Shown here piece by piece: positions 39,547 to 49,395 of a DNA stretch of 64,000 nucleotides (position 1 is its first letter; each line of letters begins with the position of its first letter). Under the pieces are notes generated by a model. The model had not been told where the DNA came from. It did no database searches and saw nothing but the letters and a program-made list of their open reading frames with translations. Position numbers and translations under genes: made by a program. Source of the stretch: an uncultured Candidatus Binatia bacterium (GTDB lineage: Bacteria > Desulfobacterota > Binatia > UBA9968 > JAJDTQ01); contig OZ243916.1 of assembly GCA_965213675.1 (NCBI GenBank), positions 800,001-864,000 on the forward strand. The letters are read 5' to 3'.

Positions 39547-39705
39547 GTGTCGTGGCCCGTAAATGACTGCGATAATTCGCGGGTCTTTGTCACCGTCGGC
39601 TGCGTGGCTCTTTCTCGCGTGGTAGCCGCCGCTGCTCGTCATCGCGCCTTGCCGACAACAAAAATTCCTGCGCAACTTGTCGCAGGAATTTACGGGACAC
39701 GACAC
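39547..39705. mobile_element. MITE-like hairpin element family B, copy 2
   Basis: Arms GTGTCGTGGCCCGTAAAT...ATTTACGGGACACGACAC around the shared core. Confidence 0.8.
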
Positions 39706-39970
39706 CAGCACCTACAACATGCCACGTGATCAGGCAACATGCTCCGGCGCCAGGCGAATTCCTGCGGCACAGGCTCCTGGGCCATGTTCCCTCCGAAGTT
39801 CGTGGTCCGAACCTCCGGGTCCCGTGCGAATCGGCAACGCCGTAGGGTCCTGCGCTCCGGAGGTTCGCCACTTCGCCGCTGTCATAGTTGACAATCGCCG
39901 CGGTCTTTTGCATTGTGTGGGGCCTTGAACCAAGGGAGTGAAGACGGACACAAGGAAGGGAGTCGTGAAC

Positions 39971-41005
39971 ATGCGAGTACTGACGGCCGTGACCAAGGCA
40001 GGCGTTGTCCTGACACTCGCGCTGGGGCTCACCGGCACTGCCCACAGCGTCGAGGACTTTTACAAGGGCAAGACCCTCCGTTTCATAGTCGGCCATGCCC
40101 CCGGCGGGGGTTACGATGGCTATACCCGGATGGCCGCACGCCACATCAGCAAGCATTTTCCCGGCAACCCCACTCCGGTGGTGCAGAACATGGGTGGCGC
40201 GGGCGGGTTGGTCGCCGCCAACTACCTCTACAACAAGGTGAAACCGGATGGCTTGACCGTGGGGGTGTGGAACAATCTGTGGGTCGTGCACCAGGCGTTG
40301 GGCAGCCGGAGGGTCCAATTCAAGGGCCGGGAATTCGGCTGGATCGGCGCCCCGGTTTCGGGCTGGCCGAGCTGCGCGGTGATGGGCTTCACCGGCCTCA
40401 AGAGCTTCGCGGATCTCCTGGAGTCCGGCAAACCCCTCAAGGTGGGATCGCCCGGCGGCACGGGAACGACCCTGCCCACCATTCTCAACATGGTGTCCGG
40501 CAAGAAGCTCTTCGACATCATTCCCGGCTACACGGGCACGGCCCCGGTGCGGCTGGCCATGCAGGCCCGTGAGTTGGGCGGAATCTGCATGTCGTTCGAA
40601 TCCATGCGCGTGACCGCCCGGGCCATGCTCGACGCCGGCGGAGACGACAAGCTCATCCCCATCCTCGTTTACGGGAATCCTCCGGACAAGGAGGTCCGCA
40701 ACGTCCCGCGCTTGCGGGAACTGGTCAAGGGCGAGGAAAACGTGGCCATGCTCAACGCCTGGGCATTGCAGTACGAATTCCAGCGGCCGTTGACGCTGCC
40801 GCCGGGAACCCCCAAGGAGCGTGTGGCGGCCTGGCGCAAGGCTTATGCCGCGGCATTCCAGGACCCCGCCCTGATGGCCGACGCGAAAAAGTCCCGGCTT
40901 AATGTCGTGTTCGTGTCCGGGGAGCAGATCGACAAGCACGTGGACACGATTCTGTCCATGTCGGACGACACCAAGAAGCGTCTTCAGTGGATGTTGCCGA
41001 AGTAG
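39971..41005 (+). CDS. Tripartite tricarboxylate transporter substrate-binding protein (Bug/TctC-like)
   Basis: DFYKGKT..IVGHAPGGGYD, VVQNMGGAGGLVAANYLYN..KPDG. Confidence 0.9.
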   Translation: MRVLTAVTKAGVVLTLALGLTGTAHSVEDFYKGKTLRFIVGHAPGGGYDGYTRMAARHISKHFPGNPTPVVQNMGGAGGLVAANYLYNKVKPDGLTVGVWNNLWVVHQALGSRRVQFKGREFGWIGAPVSGWPSCAVMGFTGLKSFADLLESGKPLKVGSPGGTGTTLPTILNMVSGKKLFDIIPGYTGTAPVRLAMQARELGGICMSFESMRVTARAMLDAGGDDKLIPILVYGNPPDKEVRNVPRLRELVKGEENVAMLNAWALQYEFQRPLTLPPGTPKERVAAWRKAYAAAFQDPALMADAKKSRLNVVFVSGEQIDKHVDTILSMSDDTKKRLQWMLPK

Positions 41006-41123
41006 ATTGCCATCCCACTGTGGTTTCCACGCCAAGCATCCGCCGCTGACGCCATCAACCGCCCCTTCCGGGGACCCTGGGCGCCCGGTCGGGGCGGTTT
41101 CGAGCCGGCGTCGCGACGGACGG

Positions 41124-41798
41124 CTACACCACTGCGACGGCGCGGCAGGGCGCGCCGTCGCCTCCCTCGATCTTGATGGGGAAGGCGATGAGCGTGAACG
41201 TGCGCTGGCGCACCTTGTGCAGGTTGGCCAGGTGCTCGATGAACGGGATGCCCTTGCCCAGAAAGGTCCGGTGCACGGGAAAGTCGCCCGGTCGGGGCGC
41301 GCCGCTCCCCTGCACCTGGTCCTGGGGCGAGTCGAGCGCCAGCGCCTTGATGCGTTTGGATACCAGCCAGCGAGCCAGCTCCGTCGTGATGAACGGGTTG
41401 TCGAAGTAGTACCTGGGGTCGCCGAACATCTTCCGGTTCCAGCCCGTGTGGAGCACCACGATCCTGCCCGTGAGACTCTCCTGTTCCTGAAAGCCCGGTG
41501 AGGCGCACACGTCGTCGATGGTGATGCCGGTGCGGGGCTTTACCTTGCGGCGCAGGTCCATCTTCACCGCCTCCCCCATGAAGCGCTCCAACGGCATTTG
41601 GTCTATGGTCTTGCCGCCGGGCACGAAGTGGAACGGCGGATCGCAGTGGGTGCCGGTGTGAATGCTGGCGTGCATTTCCGTGTTGGAGCGCCCGTGCGTC
41701 TCGTGGGTGTGGATTGGATGGAACGACAGCACCGGATGGCCCGGCACCACGGTGACGTTGGGGGTCAAGGGCAGGCTCAGGTCGATGAGCTTCGGCAT
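41124..41798 (-). CDS. Cyclase-family metal hydrolase (kynurenine formamidase-like)
   Basis: LIDLSLPL, HTGTHCDPPFHF, IEHLANL, PIKIEGGDGAPCRAVA. Confidence 0.92.
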   Translation of the reverse strand: MPKLIDLSLPLTPNVTVVPGHPVLSFHPIHTHETHGRSNTEMHASIHTGTHCDPPFHFVPGGKTIDQMPLERFMGEAVKMDLRRKVKPRTGITIDDVCASPGFQEQESLTGRIVVLHTGWNRKMFGDPRYYFDNPFITTELARWLVSKRIKALALDSPQDQVQGSGAPRPGDFPVHRTFLGKGIPFIEHLANLHKVRQRTFTLIAFPIKIEGGDGAPCRAVAVV

Positions 41799-41958
41799 GG
41801 TTGTCTCCTCGCGGCTTTCGGGTATGCCCGCGTCGTCTCCAACACGATGCCCGCGTCCCGGTCACATGAAGTGGGGCATGGGATGACGGGAGGACAGCAT
41901 GGGGCAGGCGCTGGCGTCGGCGGCACGTGCGCTCGCTCGATTCCGCGCGGATGGGCCG

Positions 41959-42927
41959 TCAGATCGGATGACGTTCCAGCCATGCCACGTACCCACGCAG
42001 CCCGCGCGCGATGTCGTATCGCGGCGTGAACCCCAGGTCTTCCCGCGCCCGCGTGATGGCCAGCGGTCCCCGCAGGCTGTCCCGGAAGAAGGATGACAGG
42101 GCTCCGCCCTGCCGAAGGCGGAAGCCGAATCCCGGGCGAATCCGCGCCAGGGTTGCAAGGATATCCGAGAACCGGAGATTCTCGCCGCAACTTGCGTTGT
42201 AGACGGGATACTTCAACCGTGGCTTGCGCAACGCCAGCACCACGCAGCGGGCGGCGTCCGCCACGTAGGTGAGGTCACGCTCCAGATCCTCCGACAGTTC
42301 CACCTCTTCACCGTTCAGCGCCGCGCGGCACCAGTCGAACACTGGCGACATGACGGTGCGCTGGGGATTGGGGCGTTCCAGCGGACCATAGGGCGCGGAG
42401 AGGCGCAGGATCACCCCGCTCATTCCGAACAATTCGAAATAACGGCGCACGATCTCTTCCGCGGCGCGCTTGGTGATGCCATAGACTCCGGTTGGCGCCA
42501 ACGGGGCATTTTCCTCCAGCGGCACGGACGGAGCCGTGGCGCCGTACACGCTGGCTGAGCTCAGGTGGATGAAACGCTGCACGCCATTGCGCCGTGCGGC
42601 TTCCAACACGGTGGCGGCGCCGCCCACGTTCACCAGCGCGGCCGAGCGCGCCTCCTCGGCCTCGAGGGCGCCGATGGCGGTCACCGCCGCGCCGTGGATG
42701 ACCCGGTCCACGGCGTGGTACGCCAGCACGTCGCACAGGGCCCCCAGGTCCAGGACATCGGCCTTGACGCAGGTCACCTTCGCCACCGCCCGGCCGAGGA
42801 AGTCCCGCGCCGCCTCGTCCAGCTGGCCTTCGGCGGAAAGCGCCACCACGCGCTCCCCCAGCGACGCCAACTGGGCGACGATGTGCGTCCCTACGAAACC
42901 CGTGCCGCCGGTTACCAGAACGCTCAT
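41959..42927 (-). CDS. NAD-dependent epimerase/dehydratase (extended SDR)
   Basis: VTGGTGFVG, SSASVYG, YGITK. Confidence 0.9.
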   Translation of the reverse strand: MSVLVTGGTGFVGTHIVAQLASLGERVVALSAEGQLDEAARDFLGRAVAKVTCVKADVLDLGALCDVLAYHAVDRVIHGAAVTAIGALEAEEARSAALVNVGGAATVLEAARRNGVQRFIHLSSASVYGATAPSVPLEENAPLAPTGVYGITKRAAEEIVRRYFELFGMSGVILRLSAPYGPLERPNPQRTVMSPVFDWCRAALNGEEVELSEDLERDLTYVADAARCVVLALRKPRLKYPVYNASCGENLRFSDILATLARIRPGFGFRLRQGGALSSFFRDSLRGPLAITRAREDLGFTPRYDIARGLRGYVAWLERHPI

Positions 42928-42933
42928 GTCGTC

Positions 42934-44475
42934 TCACTGCTCCCCTGCGGCCTGTCGCCCGGCGACCCGGCCCGTGATGAACGCCTCGGAGTTGTTGCCG
43001 GAGTTCAGGTAGAGGTGTCCGAAGACGCCGCCCATTTCGCCGGCGCAGTAAAGGCCGGGAATGGGGTTGCCGTGGGCGTCGAGCACACGCTGGTCCGCGT
43101 CATGGGCCAGGGCGCCCTGGGTGTTGGTGATAACCGGCCACACCTCCACGGCGTAGAACGGCGGCTTGAAGATGGGGAACAAGCTTCCCTTGAAGCGGCG
43201 GAAATCGGTGTCCTCTTCTCCCTCGCAGATCGCGTTCCAGCGCGCCACCGTGGCCGCCAGGTTGGCCTCGGGCACACCGATGGTTCGCGCCAGCGCCTCG
43301 ATGGTGGGAGCCTGCCGGATCCAGCCCTTGGCCAACTCCGCGCTGTTGTCGACGCTCCAGTCGTAGCGCCGGCTCGGATGGTCGCTGATGGGGGTGAACA
43401 ACGGCCCGGTGATGCGCCCGTTCTCGTCCAGGATCATGTACGACGGAATGCGTGGAAAGTCCTTGATGTGCACGTCGTAGACGCTCATGTCGCGCCAGGG
43501 GCTGTCCTGGGGCGCGGGCGGGTATTCGTCCATGTAGCGCTTGCCGAAGCGGTCCACCACGATCCAGGGCATGATCTTGGGCCCCTCGTCGCCGCTCTTG
43601 AGCGAGAACTCCTCCCCGGGCTTGGGCAGGTGATTGGCGCCGTGCCGCCCCTGTATGCGGTGGCGGAAGGCGATGGGGAACTCGGGCGTCTTGAAGCCGT
43701 AGCCCCCGTGCACGTGCCACATGTGCCAAAGGCCGGCGCCGGCCTTCTGCCCCATGCGCAGCCCATCGCCGGTGTTGCCCAGCGCGCAGATGGCGTGGAA
43801 CGGTTGCGCCTGAAGGTACTGGAGACGCATGGCCTCGTTGTGCTCGAACCCTCCAGCCGCCAGCACGACGCCCTTGCGCGCCCGGATGCGCACGCGCGCG
43901 CCGTCCCGCTCGGCAACGACGCCCGCCACCCTTCCCTGTCCGTCCCCCACCAACTCGCACACCGGCGTGGACAGGGACACGTCGATGTTTCGCTTGCGCA
44001 CGTTGTCGTCCACCACCTTGAACGCGATCCAGCCGGTTCCGTGAACCTGGAGCCACGGGTAACACTGCGCTTCCTCGCTCTTCACCGCCAACAGGCCGAT
44101 GGCGTCGCCCGGCGGACCGCCGTCGAAACGATAGGTGCCGCCGGTGCCGGGACGCTCCTGCACTTCGATGCCGCTGCCGTCGGTCAATTCCCTCATGAAG
44201 CCGGAGAGATTTCGCAGTTCCCTCGCAAAGGCGTGGATCACGGCATCTGGAACGGTGTTGAGGCACATGCGCTTGAGATACGCGAAGGCCTTTTCCACGT
44301 CGTCGGTGATGCGGAAGAATCCGCCGGAGAGAATGGAATTGCCGCCTGGGTGCGTCATCTTCTCCAGCAGCAGCGTGCGTGCGCCGTGGTCGTGGGCGAC
44401 GATGGCGGCCACCCCGCCCGAGTATCCGTATCCCACCACGACGACATCGGTTTCCTGATCCCAGGACGTGTTCAT
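42934..44475 (-). CDS. FAD-binding dehydrogenase (FAD_binding_2; TcuA/KstD/flavocytochrome c-like), paralog 2
   Basis: DVVVVGYGYSG, GNTGDG, WPVITNTQG, IPGLYCAGE. Confidence 0.88.
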   Translation of the reverse strand: MNTSWDQETDVVVVGYGYSGGVAAIVAHDHGARTLLLEKMTHPGGNSILSGGFFRITDDVEKAFAYLKRMCLNTVPDAVIHAFARELRNLSGFMRELTDGSGIEVQERPGTGGTYRFDGGPPGDAIGLLAVKSEEAQCYPWLQVHGTGWIAFKVVDDNVRKRNIDVSLSTPVCELVGDGQGRVAGVVAERDGARVRIRARKGVVLAAGGFEHNEAMRLQYLQAQPFHAICALGNTGDGLRMGQKAGAGLWHMWHVHGGYGFKTPEFPIAFRHRIQGRHGANHLPKPGEEFSLKSGDEGPKIMPWIVVDRFGKRYMDEYPPAPQDSPWRDMSVYDVHIKDFPRIPSYMILDENGRITGPLFTPISDHPSRRYDWSVDNSAELAKGWIRQAPTIEALARTIGVPEANLAATVARWNAICEGEEDTDFRRFKGSLFPIFKPPFYAVEVWPVITNTQGALAHDADQRVLDAHGNPIPGLYCAGEMGGVFGHLYLNSGNNSEAFITGRVAGRQAAGEQ

Positions 44476-44497
44476 GCGCTCCCCGTGCGTGTGCCCG

Positions 44498-46552
44498 TCA
44501 CGCCAGGCCCAACCAGTCGAAGAGCGCGCCGGGCGGGAACGGCAGGTGCAACCCGTAGTCGAACAGGCCGTAGAAGAAGACCCAGGCCAGCGCCGCCAGC
44601 GCGGTGCTGATGCCCCACCGCTCGCCGGCGCCGAACTTGAGATACAGCAGTGTCGCCACGGCTGACGCCACCACGAATCCAAGGAGCCAGATGGCGAGGA
44701 AGAAGCCCACGCTCCAGGCGATGATCACTCCTGTGCGCCGGGCCGTCTCAGCGCGCTCCGCCGCCGCGGCAGTGCCTTCCGGAACCGGCTCCGGCGCGGC
44801 GCGGCGCGCTTCCTGGAACAGCGCCACCAGCGCCAGCAGCAAGCTCGGTATCCCTACCCATGTGGGGAAGAGCGCCGCGTTGCTTTCGATGGCGCCAAAC
44901 CCGAAGATGGCCTCGTAAAGCACGTAGACGAAGAGCGCCGCAAAGAACCCCGCAAACAGCACCCGTGCGGAGCGCGAGGTTGCCGCGGCCGGCTCCGATC
45001 CAGGCCCGGCGGCAGTGTCGGGTACGTCTCCGGCCTCGGCTCGCTGGCGGCGGCTCTGCCACAGGGGATACAACAGCGCCAGCGCGATCAGGAGCCCGAT
45101 GATGAGGACGCCGGGGCGCGTCATCCATTCGGCGCCGTAAATGCGGGTGGTGTGGAACAGGTTCTTGTCGGCGATGCCCCCGAGCACGAGGCCCAGCAGC
45201 AACGGCGGCCGCTGCCAGTCGTAGCGCACCATCAGCCAGCCCAGGGCGCCGAACAACAGCACCACGATCATGTCGCCCAGGCTGTTTTTCACCGCGAAAC
45301 CGCCCAGGAAAATGAGCAGCAGCAGGAACGGGATGAGATAGGTGCCCTTGACGAAGGTGATGCGCGCCAACTGCTTGAGGAACAGCAAGCTGACGGCCAC
45401 GGTGATGATGTTGGACAGAACGATGATCCAGACGAAGGAGAAGGTCAGGGTGAGGTGCTTGTGGGGGTTCAGCAGATCCGGTCCGGGCACGATCCCCTGA
45501 ATGATGAAGGCCCCCAGGAGGATCGCCATGCCGACGCTGCCCGGCACACCGAAGGCGATGGTGGGCACCAGCGAGCCGCCTTCCTTGGAGTTGTTGGCGG
45601 CGCCGGGACCCAGCACTCCTTCCACCGCACCTTCGCCAAAGCGCGTTTGACTGCCGCCCTGCACCGCGTGGGCGTAGGCGACCCACTGGGCCGGTCCGCC
45701 GCCGAGACCGGGAATGAGCCCGATATAGGTGCCGATGGCGCTGCACCGGAGCACCAGCTTCCAATGCCGGAAGGTGTCCCGTATCCCTTCCGCCACCCCG
45801 CCCAGCCGGTTCGGCGCGTCACGGGCAATACTGCTCCGCTGAACACCCAGCTCGATGATCTCCGGGATGGCGAAAAGGCCCACGGTCACCGCCACCAGGG
45901 ACAACCCGTCCCACAGAAACAGCGCGTTCTGGCTGCCGAGCAGCGGCTCCAGCGTGTAGCGGGACACGCTGGTGATCTTGTCGAGCCCCACCATCGCCAG
46001 CACCAGACCGAAGCCCCCCGCGGTCAGCCCCTTGGCGAGGTTGCCGCCGCTCAGGGAGGCCAGAAAGGTGATGCCCAGGATGCTCAGCATCAGGAATTCG
46101 GGCGCGCCGATGGAGAGCACCAGAGGCTGGACGATGGGAATGGCCAGGGCCAGCGCGAAGGCGCCGAAGATGGCGCCCACCAGCGAACTCATGAGCGCCG
46201 CGCCCAGGGCCCGGCCCGCCTCGCCGTTCTTGGCCATGGCGTGGCCGTCGACGATGGTGGCGGCGGTGATGCCCTCGCCCGGCACGCCGAAGAGCACCGA
46301 GGTGATGTCTCCGGTGGTGGCGGTCACCGCGTGGCTCCCGAGCAGAAACGCGAAGGCCGTCACCGGGTCCATGGTGTAGATGAACGGCAGCATCAGGGCC
46401 AGCGTCGTGGCCCCGCCCAGCCCGGGCAGGATCCCCACCGCGAAGCCGATGGCGATGCCCACCATCATGAACACGAAGGGATCCTGTCCCGCCGCGGTGA
46501 ACGGCAGCACGGCCGTCAGACCGGCGAACAGGGAGCCGAAATAATCAAGCAT
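44498..46552 (-). CDS. Tripartite tricarboxylate transporter TctA-TctB fusion
   Basis: GILPGLG, GPGAANNSKEGG..PTIAFGVPG, followed by a TctB-like C-terminal block ending LHLPFPPG. Confidence 0.9.
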   Translation of the reverse strand: MLDYFGSLFAGLTAVLPFTAAGQDPFVFMMVGIAIGFAVGILPGLGGATTLALMLPFIYTMDPVTAFAFLLGSHAVTATTGDITSVLFGVPGEGITAATIVDGHAMAKNGEAGRALGAALMSSLVGAIFGAFALALAIPIVQPLVLSIGAPEFLMLSILGITFLASLSGGNLAKGLTAGGFGLVLAMVGLDKITSVSRYTLEPLLGSQNALFLWDGLSLVAVTVGLFAIPEIIELGVQRSSIARDAPNRLGGVAEGIRDTFRHWKLVLRCSAIGTYIGLIPGLGGGPAQWVAYAHAVQGGSQTRFGEGAVEGVLGPGAANNSKEGGSLVPTIAFGVPGSVGMAILLGAFIIQGIVPGPDLLNPHKHLTLTFSFVWIIVLSNIITVAVSLLFLKQLARITFVKGTYLIPFLLLLIFLGGFAVKNSLGDMIVVLLFGALGWLMVRYDWQRPPLLLGLVLGGIADKNLFHTTRIYGAEWMTRPGVLIIGLLIALALLYPLWQSRRQRAEAGDVPDTAAGPGSEPAAATSRSARVLFAGFFAALFVYVLYEAIFGFGAIESNAALFPTWVGIPSLLLALVALFQEARRAAPEPVPEGTAAAAERAETARRTGVIIAWSVGFFLAIWLLGFVVASAVATLLYLKFGAGERWGISTALAALAWVFFYGLFDYGLHLPFPPGALFDWLGLA

Positions 46553-46572
46553 GGCTCAACGGCCTTGAGTCC

Positions 46573-48081
46573 TCACCAATCTTCCAGCGCCGCGGCGTTG
46601 CGGCCGGCGATGCGGCCGGTGACGAAACACTCGGTGATGTTGCCGGCTTCCAGGTAGAGGTGGCCGAAGGACGAGCCGCACTCGCCCGCGGAGAAGAGCC
46701 GCGGGATGGGATCGTCGCGCGTGTCCATCACGTGCTGTTCGGCGTCGTGCACCGGGCCGCCCTGGGTGTTGGAAACGATGGGCCACACCTCCATCAGGTA
46801 GAAGGGCGGCGTGTCGATGGTCAGGCGCGTGCCCGGGACCCGGTGGTAGCGGTCCTCGCCGCCGCTGGCGCACACCGCGTTCCATTCCGCCACCGTGGCC
46901 GTGAGCGTGGCCGCGTCCGTGGCCGGGATCATGGCGGCGATGGCGTCGAGACTGTCCGCCTTCCTGATCCAGCCGCGCTCCACCTCGGCCAGGTTGTCCT
47001 CGCTCCAGTCGTAGGAGACGTGTTCGTCGTGCACCGTGGGCTGGCCCACCGGGCCGAGCCGGCGTCCCTTTTCGTCGAACACCAGATAGGCGGGAATCCG
47101 CGGGAACTCCTGTTTGTCGGCGTCGTAGAACTCCAGCGCCCGGTGGCCCGTGTCCTGCACCGCCGGCGGATACTCGTTCATGAACCGGCGGCCGTACTTG
47201 TCCACGGCGATCCAGGGCATCACCCAGTCGTCCTTGCGCGGCCCCCGGAAACAGTGGCGAAAGGCCAGCGGGAACTCCGGATACTTGAAGCCGTAGCTGC
47301 CGTGGAAGTGCCACATGTGCCACAGCGACGCGCCCACGTCCTGGGCCATCTTGATGCCGTCGCCGGTGTTGCCGGTGAACAGCGTGTAGACGGGCATGGC
47401 CTCGAAGTAGTTGCGCTTCATCTCCTCGTTGTTCTCGAAACCGCCGCACGCCAGGATCACGCCCTTGCGCGCCTTGATGGCGATCTCTTCTCCCTGGTGC
47501 TCCGCCAGCATTCCGACGATCCCTTGCTCCGGATGACGGATGAGACGCTGGGCCGGGGTCGCCAGCCGCACCGAGATATTGCGCCGCGCCTCGACGTTAT
47601 CCAACAGCACCTTGAACAGGCGCGCGCCGCCGCGCAGGCCCTTGGCGTACTGGAAGCCCTCGTAGCCCTCCATGGGCGCGATCTTGAAGCCGTCCAGGCC
47701 GGCGCCCCCCGGGAACGGATAGGTGCCGCCGTTGCGCTGTTCCTCCAGCTCGAAGGGGGTCTCCTTCACGAGGTCCTTGACGAACTCCTTCATCTCCGTC
47801 ATGCCCTTGGCCAAGGCGCGCAGCACGTCGTCCGGAGTACGCCCCGCGTTGGTGTGCTGGAGGTATTCGAACGCATCGTCCTCGTCCATGGCGGTGGCGA
47901 TGCCGCCGCCCGCGAGGATCGAGATGCCGCCCGGGTTGGGCATTTTCTCCACAAGGGTCACCTCGGCGCCGGAATCCGCCGCGGCCACGGCCGATACCCC
48001 GCCGGCGAAACCGAAGCCCACGACGATGACATCCGTTTCGACGTCCCAGCGGGCGGGAAGCCCGTTATCATAACTATCCAC
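46573..48081 (-). CDS. FAD-binding dehydrogenase (FAD_binding_2), paralog 1
   Basis: DVIVVGFGFAG, GNTGDG, WPIVSNTQGG; AAGGAAGGAGAGG upstream of GTG. Confidence 0.88.
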   Translation of the reverse strand: MDSYDNGLPARWDVETDVIVVGFGFAGGVSAVAAADSGAEVTLVEKMPNPGGISILAGGGIATAMDEDDAFEYLQHTNAGRTPDDVLRALAKGMTEMKEFVKDLVKETPFELEEQRNGGTYPFPGGAGLDGFKIAPMEGYEGFQYAKGLRGGARLFKVLLDNVEARRNISVRLATPAQRLIRHPEQGIVGMLAEHQGEEIAIKARKGVILACGGFENNEEMKRNYFEAMPVYTLFTGNTGDGIKMAQDVGASLWHMWHFHGSYGFKYPEFPLAFRHCFRGPRKDDWVMPWIAVDKYGRRFMNEYPPAVQDTGHRALEFYDADKQEFPRIPAYLVFDEKGRRLGPVGQPTVHDEHVSYDWSEDNLAEVERGWIRKADSLDAIAAMIPATDAATLTATVAEWNAVCASGGEDRYHRVPGTRLTIDTPPFYLMEVWPIVSNTQGGPVHDAEQHVMDTRDDPIPRLFSAGECGSSFGHLYLEAGNITECFVTGRIAGRNAAALEDW

Positions 48082-48136
48082 GATACCTCTCCTTCCTTGA
48101 ATGGCGTCCTTGAAATCCGCTCCGCGGCGTTATTCA

Positions 48137-49258
48137 TCAGAGCGGGCGGCCGGGCAGCACCACCTCGGCTTCGCCGCGGGTGTTCGCCATGCCGTCCTGT
48201 CGGGTGCCGGTGATTTCCAGGGTCACGGTTCTCGTTGCGTCGTCCCGGGCCGTCACGCGGCCGGCATATGTGGTCAGGTCGCCGTAGAGGCCGGGACGCA
48301 CCACCTGGACCTTCAGACGCTTCAGGAAACCGTCGTCGCCCATCCAGTTGGTCACCAGCGGCGCCACCCAGGCGAAGCGCATCACGCCGTTGTCGAAGGG
48401 CGCAGGCATGCCGCGCCCGGCGGCCATGTTGGCGTCCTCGTGCTGCTGGGAATACTTCACCGGAAAGCCCGTCACCGGGTTGAACATGGCGGTGTGCATG
48501 GCCTTGCTGAGGTCCAGGTAGCCCCAGCGTCCGGCCTTGTAGGACGGACCGATGGCCGCGTTCCACGCCACCATGTCGCCGATGGTGAGGGGGCCGCGCA
48601 AGATCGGCGGGATCTCGCTGCCAACCGCTGCGTCTTCGTAGTGCAGGGTGTCCGCGCCGCGGCGGTGTTCGCGCCGCCACGTGCTCTCCAGCCGTTCCAG
48701 AGCGCCCTGGTCGTAGTGCGGCGCCTTGTGCTCCATCATGGTCTGGAGGCCGATCTGGGTGGCCATGATCATGGTGCCGGTGGCCCGGGCCACCAGAGCG
48801 TTTTCCTGATTGTGGTAGTCGATGCCGGAGATGACGAAGTTGAGCCGCCGCCCTTCCTTGTTGCGCTTTTCGTAGAACTCCTTCTGGCGCGGTTCGGAGT
48901 TCAGCGTGTCGCCGGCGAACACGCGGCCGAACCATTCCATTTCCACGCCGCCGATGAGGGACGCCAGGGGCGCCTTCATGGGCGCGCCGTGCAGGATGGG
49001 ATAGCGGTTCACGATCACGAATGCCGGAGGCGCCTGAGTTCTCCCCGGCCCCGCCCCGGCGGCGTAGTCCGGGTCGATCCACAGGGGATTGTCGTCGTCG
49101 GTGCCGTAGGCATAGTGCTTGATGGCGTCTTCGGTGACGGCGCTGACCCAAGGCTGGCGTTCCTCGACGATCTTTCCCGTCATCTCCTCCGTCACGGCCT
49201 TCCACGCGTCGATGGCCGCATCCACCTGCGCCATGTCCACCTGCTGCTCCCCTTGCAT
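48137..49258 (-). CDS. Double hot-dog MaoC-like dehydratase
   Basis: AIKHYAYGTDDDNPLW..PDYA, APPAF; second domain QQHED..A..RGMPAPFDNG, NWMGDDG. Confidence 0.82.
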   Translation of the reverse strand: MQGEQQVDMAQVDAAIDAWKAVTEEMTGKIVEERQPWVSAVTEDAIKHYAYGTDDDNPLWIDPDYAAGAGPGRTQAPPAFVIVNRYPILHGAPMKAPLASLIGGVEMEWFGRVFAGDTLNSEPRQKEFYEKRNKEGRRLNFVISGIDYHNQENALVARATGTMIMATQIGLQTMMEHKAPHYDQGALERLESTWRREHRRGADTLHYEDAAVGSEIPPILRGPLTIGDMVAWNAAIGPSYKAGRWGYLDLSKAMHTAMFNPVTGFPVKYSQQHEDANMAAGRGMPAPFDNGVMRFAWVAPLVTNWMGDDGFLKRLKVQVVRPGLYGDLTTYAGRVTARDDATRTVTLEITGTRQDGMANTRGEAEVVLPGRPL

Positions 49259-49395
49259 GAAGTCTCCCTCGTTGAAACGGTGATGAACCTACCAGTTGCG
49301 AGGCATCCACACCCGGCGACCGTCCTCGGCCTTCTTCGGCCGGCCCCTCTCCCACCCGCGAGCCGTCAACGGCTACCCGCCGACTCGTCTTCGCG